From positions 1,344,001 to 1,408,000 of the forward strand of contig CBDBZU010000004.1 of assembly GCA_965213625.1 (NCBI GenBank): 64,000 nt of DNA, read 5' to 3'. Source of the stretch: a bacterium. Its GTDB lineage: Bacteria; UBA8248. The notes under the pieces were generated by a model. That model saw only the letters and a list, made by a program, of their open reading frames with translations, searched no databases and was not told the origin of the DNA. Below are positions 48,227 to 57,005 of the stretch, one piece after another (position 1 is the first letter of the stretch; every line of letters begins with the position of its first letter). The position numbers and the translations under genes were made by a program.

Positions 48227-49324
48227 TCAGCATCCGCTTTTTTCTTCCTGCTTGATAGTGAGAATTTCCGCTGATTTCAGGACCTCGTTGTCGGTTGCGC
48301 CCCCTGTAATGAGAACCCGCCCTCCTCCCAGCCAAGTGGCCGTATGAAGGCGTCTGGGAAATTTCATCTCCACACCCACTAGCCAGAAGCATCTTTTCTC
48401 GGGTTCATACACTTCTGCGCTGGCGAGGGTCCGCCCCTCGCCGCCCCAGCCGCCGACCAGCACGACTCTGCCGTCTGAGAGCAATGTGGCGGTATGTTGC
48501 TGGCGGTTGACGCGCAGTTTGCTTTCCAGCGATGTGAATTTCTCCGTCGCCGGGTCGTAGATTTCAGCGCGATCAAGCGTTTTTTCCTTGCCCAGGCCGC
48601 CTGCAATGAGAACTCTCCCGTCCTTGAGCCGTGTGGCGCTGTGGCGGCTTCTCTGCGTCGTCAGGCTTCGAACCAAGCGCGTTCTTCGCTGGGAGGGCTG
48701 GAAAAGCTCCGCATATCGCGCCCCTTTTCCTTCCGCTCCGCCGAGAATGAGGACATTGCCTCCAGATAGTGCAGTGGCGCTGTGCTGCTGGCGCGCCATG
48801 AGCATGGGTCTGCGCGCCGGGATAAAATGCCCCTTGTCGGTTGCGTATATTTCCAGATGGCGAATGGCGCGTTTCCCGTCGTTTCCGCCGGCGATGAGCA
48901 CGTCTCCGGTGGGCAGCTTCGTCATCGTGTGGTCGTAGCGGCCATACTTCATCATGGAGCGAGAGCTGATCCCTCCGCCTCGTATGAGAAAAGAGTCTCT
49001 CAGCGCCTTCCCTCCATTCGTCCAGCCCCCGGAAATCAGCACCGTGTCTTTCAGGAGAATCGCCTTGTGCCAGCCTCGGGTCCTAAGGCCTTGAATCTTA
49101 TAGGGTTTGAATTTCTCTAGGGCCGGGTCGAATATCTCGAAATCATCGAGGGGTGAAGTTTTCGTAAGACCCGCGGCGATGAGTATTTCGCCTGATTCGA
49201 GTTTGGTGGCCGTATGCCCGTGCCGTGGGGTGTTCAAGTTTCCCGTCGGGGAGAATTCCCCCTCGCCGCTGCAGGCGGACAGGACGATGCCGAGCAGAAA
49301 ACAGAAAATCGTTCGCTTTCCCAT
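48227..49324 (-). CDS. Kelch-repeat lipoprotein
   Basis: Lipobox LSAC; about seven RxxH(T/S)ATxLxxGxVLIxGG repeats; start re-called to 49324. Confidence 0.85.
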   Translation of the reverse strand: MGKRTIFCFLLGIVLSACSGEGEFSPTGNLNTPRHGHTATKLESGEILIAAGLTKTSPLDDFEIFDPALEKFKPYKIQGLRTRGWHKAILLKDTVLISGGWTNGGKALRDSFLIRGGGISSRSMMKYGRYDHTMTKLPTGDVLIAGGNDGKRAIRHLEIYATDKGHFIPARRPMLMARQQHSATALSGGNVLILGGAEGKGARYAELFQPSQRRTRLVRSLTTQRSRHSATRLKDGRVLIAGGLGKEKTLDRAEIYDPATEKFTSLESKLRVNRQQHTATLLSDGRVVLVGGWGGEGRTLASAEVYEPEKRCFWLVGVEMKFPRRLHTATWLGGGRVLITGGATDNEVLKSAEILTIKQEEKSGC

Positions 49325-49446
49325 CGATACTCCCTTGGCTATCCGTAATTCGCACGGCGGATTTAGAATAGCTCTCATGGCCCCGGAAACGCGCCTGTGA
49401 TACATTTTCACTCATACCTCGAGTCCATTCCATACCGGGAGCCATT

Positions 49447-50400
49447 ATGCGCGAGACTAGCGATATTCGAAACGTCGCAGTCATCGGGGGTGGATATGTG
49501 GGCCGGGGCGTGGCGTTGCAGTTCGCCTTGGCGGATTTTCGCGTTCAGATGTACAACCGAAGCCCTGAGAGCGCGGCCCGGGCGCGCGCTGAAATCGCTA
49601 AAAGCCTTGATATTCTTGTCGATGCGGAAGCGTTGGACAAAAAAGACGCGCTCGATATTTCAGAGCGCATCGCCCTCACGCAGGACTTTCACGAAGCCGT
49701 TCACGGCGGTGATTTCGTCGTCGAGGCGGTGAGTGAAATTTTGCCGCTCAAGCAGGAAGTTTTCGAGAGGATGGACGCGATAGCCCCGCCCGACGTGATT
49801 TTGGCGAGCGAGACCTCGGGCCTGGGGATGACGGATATATCCGCGCGAACGACTCACCCCGAGCGCTGCGTCGTCACGCACAATTACACCCCCCCGCATC
49901 TCATCCCCGTCGTGGAGGTGGCGGCCGGCCGCCGAACGAGTCCGGACACGACGAGAATCACGTGCGAGTTACTCGAAATAGCGGGAAAAGAGCCCATCGT
50001 GTGCGGGGAAGTGCCCGGACACATCGGGGTGAGGCTCACGACGGCGCTCAGGCGCGAGGCCTTTCATATCGTGGAAAAAGGCTATGCGCGCCCCGAGGAC
50101 GTCGATATCGTATGGCGCTCGATAGCCCCTCTCTTTCCGGCCTTGGGGTTGTGTAAGCTCAACGATTTCTCGGGAATGGACGTTTTGCGCGACGTGCACC
50201 GGAATATCCAGCCCTCACTCGATCACCGCCCCGAGCCCTCACCCTTGATGGACGAGATGATCGAGAAGAACCTGCTTGGCATCAAGAGCGGCGAGGGGTT
50301 TTATGAATGGACGGCGGAATCGGCCCGGGAGGCGGCGCGGGCCCGGGATTCGGCATTGATTCGTATATACCGGAAAAACAAAGGGTTGGAGAAGACATAG
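49447..50400 (+). CDS. 3-hydroxyacyl-CoA dehydrogenase family protein
   Basis: VIGGGYVG, VVEAVSE, ILASETS, PPHLIPVVEV, GIKSGEGFY. Confidence 0.85.
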   Translation: MRETSDIRNVAVIGGGYVGRGVALQFALADFRVQMYNRSPESAARARAEIAKSLDILVDAEALDKKDALDISERIALTQDFHEAVHGGDFVVEAVSEILPLKQEVFERMDAIAPPDVILASETSGLGMTDISARTTHPERCVVTHNYTPPHLIPVVEVAAGRRTSPDTTRITCELLEIAGKEPIVCGEVPGHIGVRLTTALRREAFHIVEKGYARPEDVDIVWRSIAPLFPALGLCKLNDFSGMDVLRDVHRNIQPSLDHRPEPSPLMDEMIEKNLLGIKSGEGFYEWTAESAREAARARDSALIRIYRKNKGLEKT

Positions 50401-50443
50401 GTGTAAAATTCAGGTTCGTGAACCTTCTTGCGAGGGAGCCGAC

Positions 50444-51661
50444 ATGGTTGATTACATTCTGGACGATGAACTGAAAGCCTGGCAGAGCAAGATTGCTGAA
50501 TTCTCGAAAAACGAGTTGAGACCCTATGCGGCCGAGTGGGACCGCCAGAACGGCATCGATCCGACGAGTCCTTTTCCCCTGGATGCGCTCAAAAAGGCCT
50601 CGGCGGCGGGCATCCGGACGCTCACGACGCCCAAGGAGATGGGCGGGGAGGGTTTCGGCATATTCGCGCATGTGGTCTTACTGGAGGAGCTTTTTCAGGG
50701 TGAGGCGGGCTTCGCCTCCGTCATCCACCAGAACTGGAAGCTCGCCAAGATGCTCTGCCACTTCACCACCGAGGAGCAGCGCGCGGAGTTCCTGCCCCGC
50801 TATATGGATGTGGACACCTCCACCATGGCCATCGGCATGACGGAGCCCCAGGCGGGTACGGACAACATCATGCCGGCCACGAACATCGACGGCGGCGCGC
50901 GGCTCTCGGCCGTCAGGCAGGGCGATACCTGGATACTGAACGGCAAGAAGCACTTCATCGCCTGCGCGTCGATGAGCAACATCAATTTCATCGTGGCGAG
51001 AACCAACCCGAACGTTCCCGTGAACGAGGGAACCACCATGTTCATCATGACGGACGAGATACCCGGCTTCCGGCACGGAATCATCCACGGAAAGCTCGGC
51101 GCGCGCCTTTTGATGAACGGCGAACTCATCTTCGAGAATGCTGAAGTGCCTGAAAAATGGCGCCTTAGCGAGGTGGACGGCGGCCTGCCCTATATGGCCC
51201 GCGTCTTCTCGCGCCACTCGCCGACCACGGCCACCTTCGGCGTCGGCATCGCGCGCGCCGCCTTCGAGGACGCCCACGCCTACGCGAGGGAGCGCGTCCA
51301 AGGCGGAAAGCCCATCATCGAGCACGCGCGGATTCGCGAGATTCTCGCCGACATGTACGTGAACATCACCGTCGCGCGGGACACCGTCTGGCGCGCGGCC
51401 TGGCATGCGGATACGGCGGGAGACGACGAATACGACCACAAGGAGGGCATGCGCGCCGCCCTGTTCGCCTCAGAGATGGCGCCCCAGGTCTGCATCAAGG
51501 GGATGAACATCTTCGGCGGCAACGGCTATATGGACACCCACCCGGCCGAGCGCCACCTGCGCGACGCGATGATGTGCTACCACATCGACGGGCTGAACGA
51601 CACCACGCGCTTGAAGCTCGGCGGACTCCTCGCGGGAGAGGCCTTCGCGGGCGCCATGTAG
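50444..51661 (+). CDS. Acyl-CoA dehydrogenase
   Basis: MTEPQAGTD, LNGKKHFI, RVQGGKPI, FGGNGYM, ERHLRDA. Confidence 0.9.
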   Translation: MVDYILDDELKAWQSKIAEFSKNELRPYAAEWDRQNGIDPTSPFPLDALKKASAAGIRTLTTPKEMGGEGFGIFAHVVLLEELFQGEAGFASVIHQNWKLAKMLCHFTTEEQRAEFLPRYMDVDTSTMAIGMTEPQAGTDNIMPATNIDGGARLSAVRQGDTWILNGKKHFIACASMSNINFIVARTNPNVPVNEGTTMFIMTDEIPGFRHGIIHGKLGARLLMNGELIFENAEVPEKWRLSEVDGGLPYMARVFSRHSPTTATFGVGIARAAFEDAHAYARERVQGGKPIIEHARIREILADMYVNITVARDTVWRAAWHADTAGDDEYDHKEGMRAALFASEMAPQVCIKGMNIFGGNGYMDTHPAERHLRDAMMCYHIDGLNDTTRLKLGGLLAGEAFAGAM

Positions 51662-51850
51662 ACCCTTCTCTCGCCGGGTGGGGGCGCACGCAACTCCCCG
51701 CATTTGCCGTTATCGCAATAGTCGCGGTTCATGGCAGAATTCCCCTGCGCCACACTTCCGCGGCGTCATTTCCTAAAGAATTTAATTGTCTGAAATTTAA
51801 CGATAAACCCCGTGAATTTATCGATATTTATCGAATTTTTCAGATATAAA

Positions 51851-51946
51851 ACCCGAGCGATGAGCGAGGGTTTGACCCGATCGAGGAGGAAGGGTTTCAC
51901 GCAAGCGATGGGCGAGCGTTTGACTCGAGCGATGAGGGAGGGTTTC
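51851..51946. repeat. Four degenerate 24-bp tandem repeats
   Basis: ACCCGAGCGATGAGCGAGGGTTTG / ACCCGATCGAGGAGGAAGGGTTTC / ACGCAAGCGATGGGCGAGCGTTTG / ACTCGAGCGATGAGGGAGGGTTTC. Confidence 0.8.
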
Positions 51947-52251
51947 CTTATTCCCGAACGCGCCGTGCCGCCCCGCCATCATACGCGGAATCTTCCTCCA
52001 GCCCATGACCGCATTGCGGGCAAATGCGCGCGCCGAACGCTCGAATCCGACCTGAGAAGAAGGGGCTGCAACGCCCCCGGTAAGGGAAATCCTGCGGCGC
52101 GCCAACCCCTCAGAATACCTCCTTGCGATTCATCCCGGCGCACCGCAAATGCGGGGAAATGCGCACACTTGGATTTATTGACAAATCCATGCCGTGTGGG
52201 ATGATGAACGATGCCCGATGCGGATGAAGGATTTTCGACGTTGTGAGGCGC

Positions 52252-52671
52252 ATGATGGTCGAGTACGACAATTTTCGTATGTCACTCAAAAGGCTGGGCG
52301 AGCAGTATGAGAATTACCGGGAACTTGATGCAGCGCTTCCCGCATTGCTCCAGGAAGCCGTCGCCGAGTCAGTTATTCAGCGCTTCGAAACCTGCTACGA
52401 CTGCCTCTGGAAAGTGCTCAAGAGATACCTGGTAGAGGAACTGGGCGTCGCGGACTCTCCGAACAGTCCCAAGCCCGTTTTCAGGCTTGCCTTCGAGAAC
52501 GACTTGATACCCGCTCCTGTGGAGCGATGGCTGGGCTATGCGGACAGGCGCGTCGATACCGCCCACGCCTACAGTGGCGAGAAGGCGCGAGCCGCTTTGG
52601 AAATAGTGGGCGACTTCATTGAGGACGCAGCGGCCCTTTACCGAACCATGAGCGGGCGGAGTTGGGAATGA
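52252..52671 (+). CDS. HI0074-like HEPN (nucleotidyltransferase substrate-binding) toxin
   Basis: IQRFETCY, SPKPVFRLA, RxxxxH motif RVDTAH. Confidence 0.85.
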   Translation: MMVEYDNFRMSLKRLGEQYENYRELDAALPALLQEAVAESVIQRFETCYDCLWKVLKRYLVEELGVADSPNSPKPVFRLAFENDLIPAPVERWLGYADRRVDTAHAYSGEKARAALEIVGDFIEDAAALYRTMSGRSWE

Positions 52672-52997
52672 GCGTACGGGTCGACATCACCGAGGCGCAG
52701 CGTGCGCTCATTCTGGATTTGCTCGATAAGCATCTGCCGAACACCACTGCCTGGGTGTACGGTTCCCGTGCGAAGGGAGAGGCGCGTCCCAAATCCGATC
52801 TCGATATGGTCGTGTTCGCTGGTCACGCCCAAAGCCGCCGGGTTTACGATCTCAAGGAAGCCTTCGAGGAGAGCAACCTGCCGTTTCGTGTGGACGTTTT
52901 CATTTGGGATTCCATGCCCGAGCGCTTCCGCGAGCGCGTCCTGTCTGATCACGTCGTTCTCGTAGCGGGGGAATCGGCTCTTGAGAACAAGACTTGA
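52668..52997 (+). CDS. Minimal nucleotidyltransferase (MNT) antitoxin
   Basis: YGSRAKG...SDLD, LPFRVD; ATGA overlap with the HEPN gene. Confidence 0.85.
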   Translation: MSVRVDITEAQRALILDLLDKHLPNTTAWVYGSRAKGEARPKSDLDMVVFAGHAQSRRVYDLKEAFEESNLPFRVDVFIWDSMPERFRERVLSDHVVLVAGESALENKT

Positions 52998-53235
52998 TTT
53001 TCTGTATCCCATGAGCAGACGCTGCGATATCTTAAGTCGTTCACCAGTGGGGATGACCCCGCGCGGTTTGGTAGAAGTCGTCTTGGCTCAGAGTCGCTGA
53101 AAAATGGATTCCGCATTCCCTCCCGCCTTGGTCGAAAATGACACCGGTATGACGATACCTTTTCTCGCTCGACAAACGTAATTGTAGCGGACAGGCTCCT
53201 GTGCCTGTCCAAGGTCGCGCCCTTCATGGCCGACC

Positions 53236-53583
53236 TCAGACATGCACGAGTTCCCTTTCAACGTAGGGACGTATTTCAGACCGCAACTCCTGGTCGGTCG
53301 CCAAATCCACAGGTCGTCCCAGTAGGTCCTCGATGTAAAACTGCGCGCCGAAGTAGCGGTGATAGCCGGGCGGCTCGTCGAAGCGCACCAGGACATCGAG
53401 GTCGCTGTCCTCCTCCGCCTCGTCTCGGGCGAAGGAGCCGAAAATGGCGAGTTCGGCGATGCCGAAGCGCTCCGCGAGGATCCCCTTGTGCGCCCGGAGA
53501 ATCTTCAGGACTTCGTCGCGCTTCGTCGGGGCGTCCGTGGATTCAATAAAAAGAGTCCTGTGGTTCTTCCGTTTTTGCGTCAT
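53236..53583 (-). CDS. Minimal nucleotidyltransferase (MNT) antitoxin
   Basis: FGSFARDEAEEDSDLDVLV, LLGRPVDL. Confidence 0.85.
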   Translation of the reverse strand: MTQKRKNHRTLFIESTDAPTKRDEVLKILRAHKGILAERFGIAELAIFGSFARDEAEEDSDLDVLVRFDEPPGYHRYFGAQFYIEDLLGRPVDLATDQELRSEIRPYVERELVHV

Positions 53584-53787
53584 GATCTATCCCTTCCGAA
53601 TCTCCGGTCGCGGCAGGCGGTCGCGCGCGCCCATAATACCGCGTCGTCCTCATATGTTATCGTATTCGAGAAGAAAGCCGTCCACAAGTTCGCCGAACGC
53701 GGCTTCTGTCTCGTAATAGTCGGTCAACTCGGCGAACGCCCGGAGCTCGAGCCCGCCGGGTCTTCGAGCCCGATGAAGCCCTCAAAA

Positions 53788-53874
53788 GAGCAGCCCCCGT
53801 ATCGCGTAGACTTTTTCACGCGGGATGCCACCCACGAACGCGTCCTGTCCGATCATTTCGTTTTTGTGGCGGGA
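53788..53874 (+). pseudogene. Degraded fragment homologous to the 3' end of MNT 52668-52997
   Basis: PYRVDFFTRDATHERVLSDHFVFVAG versus PFRVDVFIWDSMPERFRERVLSDHVVLVAG. Confidence 0.6.
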
Positions 53875-53961
53875 AGCGATTCGATTCCGCAGCGGATACA
53901 GAAGTCTCCCTTCACCTATCAAGATTGTCCCTCCTCGCTTCAATCGGAATTGGCTTCTTTC

Positions 53962-54351
53962 GGGGTTGTTAAAAAAGTCCTCTCCGCCTCGCCCTTCGAT
54001 ACGCGGCTTCGCCGCTACTCAGGGTGAGGGAAAGAGGTGTTAGCGAATTCCAGGGGATGCATACTGGGATGTTGCAAACCCCTCATATCGCGGATTCTGC
54101 GTTTGAAACCAAACGGGGAGAATGGTCCGGTAGGGACAGGCCCCCGTGCCTGTCCTGGGTCGCGACCTGTCCCTACGGAAGATGACTTTTCAAGAGAGTA
54201 ACCCCCCTGTCCCCCCTTGTCAGGGGGGCCTTTCTTTCACCTCTCGTCGGGGGGTATCGCCTTTGCCCCCTGACAAGGGGGGTTGGGGGGTTGCTTTTCC
54301 AGTCGAGAGGGGTGTCATCTCTATCCCCTGAAAAGGGGACTTTACACCCCC
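53962..54351. repeat. Composite REP/MITE cluster
   Basis: Starts with GGGGTTGTTAAAAAAGTCC; 53993-54029 is the reverse complement of 4190-4226 with 2 mismatches; GTAG palindrome 54130-54176; CCCCCTTGTCAGGGG/CCCCTGACAAGGGGG pair also seen near 20273. Confidence 0.7.
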
Positions 54352-54645
54352 TCATGCAGGCTGCGGCTCGTAACGCTCGACCTCGGTTTCATCCTCACGC
54401 TCGAGCGCCCGCGCGATGTCGTGGGCCGTCTGAAGGCGTATCCATGTCTCCGTCGTCGAGCCGAAGGCCTTGGCGAGGCGTATCGCCATCTCGGCGGACA
54501 CCCGCGCGCGCCCGTTCACCAGGTTCGAGAGCGCCTGGCGGCTGACGCCGAGAACTTTCGCGCCCTCGGTCACGCTCAGGCCCAGCGGCTCCAGGCACGA
54601 GACGCGCACGACCTTGCCGGGATGCGGCGGATTCTTCATGGGCAT
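54352..54645 (-). CDS. higA: HigA-family antitoxin (XRE HTH), orphan
   Basis: [42 protein letters not shown]; AGGAG RBS. Confidence 0.85.
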   Translation of the reverse strand: MPMKNPPHPGKVVRVSCLEPLGLSVTEGAKVLGVSRQALSNLVNGRARVSAEMAIRLAKAFGSTTETWIRLQTAHDIARALEREDETEVERYEPQPA

Positions 54646-55020
54646 GGGGCGTTCTCCTTTGTTCGGTGATAGTCGACTGTCAAGCGACACTTGGCAATCG
54701 TTCCCCTGCGCCGGTTAATCCCTTCTCATTGGATCGGGGAGAGAGACATTTCCCTTGCAGGTCGGTATGGCGCATATACGGCCGAGCTCGCGGTCACAGC
54801 CTTCGGACGCAAAGTTTCGGGAAACGGCGCGTTGGCTATATGAGCGCCGGGTTACTGGAAGTGAGCGTCGCCATCACGAACTTCGTAGTGGAGGATGAGA
54901 GGGAAGAATGATTGCTGATAAGGCACCGGTGTGTCCCGCCCGACCATGCCGCCCTTACAGAGAGGAAGGGGAGAGTCCGAATAGGGTGATTCGTTGATTT
55001 GATCGTTAAGCCCCCGCGGA

Positions 55021-56118
55021 TCACGAGGGCCCGGATTCCCCCTCAGAATCGACGAACAGCCGGAAGTAGGCGAGGGCGGCGTAGGCCTTGGCCTCGATGT
55101 CGTCGCCCTCGATCGAGAGCTTGAAGTGGTTGATTCCCTTGTAGAGGATGGACATGCCCTTTTCCTCGAAGAGCCGCTCGATTCCCGGGAAGGCGCGCAG
55201 GCCGTCTCCCTTCTCCGGCAGGCACCATTTCATCTCTTCTAAGTAGTCGATGACGGGACGCCAGGCGTTGCGCCCCGACGTCAGCCAGTAGTCGAGGTTC
55301 GAGGGTTTTCTCGGCCTGTACATCTCGAGGCCCAGGCGCGGCCCCACGCCGCTTGCGGAGACGTTCAGCGCCAGCCGGAAGACGGGTGTCACATCGCGCA
55401 TCTCTTCCAATACCTCCATCACCTTCCGGGCGGGGCCGTCCCATTTCAGGCGCTTCAGGAATGCCGGCACGTTGCGCTGCTTCAACCCGTCCACGATGAG
55501 GCGGACCGAGCGCGCGCCGCGCTCGGGGACGGCGCCAATCTGGTCCACCTCGCCGCTGCGTGGCAGGGCGGCGAAGGCCCGCTCCACGGCGAGCCGCTCC
55601 TCCTCGTCCGCCTCCCACCCGACCGCGCTCGCCATGGTGGCGGCGAGGTTATAGGGGGTTCGCGAACCGGCGACTTTTTCGTCCAGTTCGGACTGAGGCT
55701 GGAGCGCCAGGAACACGCCCGGGGGTGGGTGCAGGTTCCGGGGAACCTCCGCGATGTCGTATTCGAGCATCGACGCCCTGAACCAGCCGTCGAGAGACGG
55801 TTCGGAGGGAGGAGCCGCCCCGTTCATGAGGGAGTAGACGCGGGCGAGGGCCGCCTCCGCGGTGTCGGGTTTTGCGTCCTCGCCCAGGCGGACGAAATAG
55901 TCCATGGACGGACGCCCCGGCGCAACGGAGACGAAATAATCCGCGGCGGGCGCGGGGTCGCCCAGCCGGAACTCGAAGGCCGCGTAATTGAGTGTCAGCC
56001 AACTCGGCAGTTCGCCGACGCGCTCCACCAGGCGATCCCGCCACGGGTCGTCGAGCAAGACCGATGGAACGAAGCGGCGCAACCTTGGGAAGACGTCTCC
56101 GAAATTCTCAGACATCAT
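55021..56118 (-). CDS. NHLP-associated hypothetical protein, putative ABBA-fold peptide prenyltransferase
   Basis: Directly downstream of the NHLP precursor. Motifs FEFRL, LEYD, GPRLGLEMY and INHFKL...AKAY recall ABBA/DMATS barrel strands; the function is inferred. Confidence 0.5.
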   Translation of the reverse strand: MMSENFGDVFPRLRRFVPSVLLDDPWRDRLVERVGELPSWLTLNYAAFEFRLGDPAPAADYFVSVAPGRPSMDYFVRLGEDAKPDTAEAALARVYSLMNGAAPPSEPSLDGWFRASMLEYDIAEVPRNLHPPPGVFLALQPQSELDEKVAGSRTPYNLAATMASAVGWEADEEERLAVERAFAALPRSGEVDQIGAVPERGARSVRLIVDGLKQRNVPAFLKRLKWDGPARKVMEVLEEMRDVTPVFRLALNVSASGVGPRLGLEMYRPRKPSNLDYWLTSGRNAWRPVIDYLEEMKWCLPEKGDGLRAFPGIERLFEEKGMSILYKGINHFKLSIEGDDIEAKAYAALAYFRLFVDSEGESGPS

Positions 56119-56299
56119 CGAATCCTGTTGTTGAGCGGGATGCGCGCATTGGGGCTGAGGCGGCGACGAACAGGTTCGCTATCACGCCTTCATCTGCAAA
56201 GCCGAGTAAAACCACAAAACGGTATCCCGCACCAATCCCCTCTCGGGGTTTTCCGGCAAACCTGTCGAACAGATTATGGAGCTTTTTCAGTATACCGCA

Positions 56300-56587
56300 T
56301 CAGGAGTTCTGGTTCAAGCTGTTCCATGCGTTGGCGAAGTCTAGCATCGTCTGCGACCCGGCCACGACGGCGCTCAGGTCCGCCTCGCTCAACTCGGCCG
56401 GCGGCAGGACCAGGTGAATGCTCATGATGTTGTCCTGGTGCACGCCTATCTTGAACCCTTCGGGAATGGTGACCCCCAGTTCCTTCTCGATGGCCGCCTT
56501 GGGGTCTGTCAGCAACTCGGTGCGGAACGCCTCGTTCACGCTCGCCTTTCTGATAATCTCCTCGCGTACTTCTTCAACTGTTTTCAC
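56300..56587 (-). CDS. NHLP (nitrile hydratase-like leader) RiPP precursor
   Basis: IIRKASVNEAFRTELLTDPKAAIEKELG...IHLVLP...ELSEADLSAVVAG leader, then the 18-aa core SQTMLDFANAWNSLNQNS; GTG start 56587 after GGAG. Confidence 0.85.
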   Translation of the reverse strand: MKTVEEVREEIIRKASVNEAFRTELLTDPKAAIEKELGVTIPEGFKIGVHQDNIMSIHLVLPPAELSEADLSAVVAGSQTMLDFANAWNSLNQNS

Positions 56588-57005
56588 TGCTTCGAGTTCT
56601 CCACATGATGTCCCTGGCCGGAAAGGGGGCGATGTACCTTCACCCTCCGATGCCGGGGCGCCGCAACGCTTTGTGCGGGGGAGAGTGATTGTTTCGCCAT
56701 CCCTCCTCCCGGGCAATAGACGATGCCGCTAATGAAAAAAGTATATATGGGGAGTACTTTTCGTCAACAAAATTGCAACCATGCGTCGAATAAATACGCA
56801 TTTTCCGCTACAAAACCCCTCGAAACCCCGTCAATTGCATGAAAATGCCGCAAACCTGCCGGTTTTCTCCCATGGATGTCCTTCGCGGGCCTTTTTTCTT
56901 GAGAGGGCAAAATGAAGTGTGCGAAACTTCCGATCTATTGCCAGGTCGAAGAACGCAGGTTTCCGCTCCACCGAAGGTCCGCTTACCAGCCGGGAAGGAT
57001 GTGAC

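Noticed and set aside
36408-51661. Canonical steroid degradation (9,10-seco) pathway
   Set aside because: No recognisable KstD, HsaC extradiol dioxygenase or thiolase; the ACAD, SDR and CoA ligase genes are too generic to link to sterols
51851-51946. Possible CRISPR array
   Set aside because: The repeats are contiguous and degenerate, with no unique spacers and no cas genes
53650-53790. Minus-strand stretch ending ...FGELVDGFLLEYDNI-stop upstream of the MNT gene
   Set aside because: Looks like the tail of a lost gene, but no start or family could be assigned
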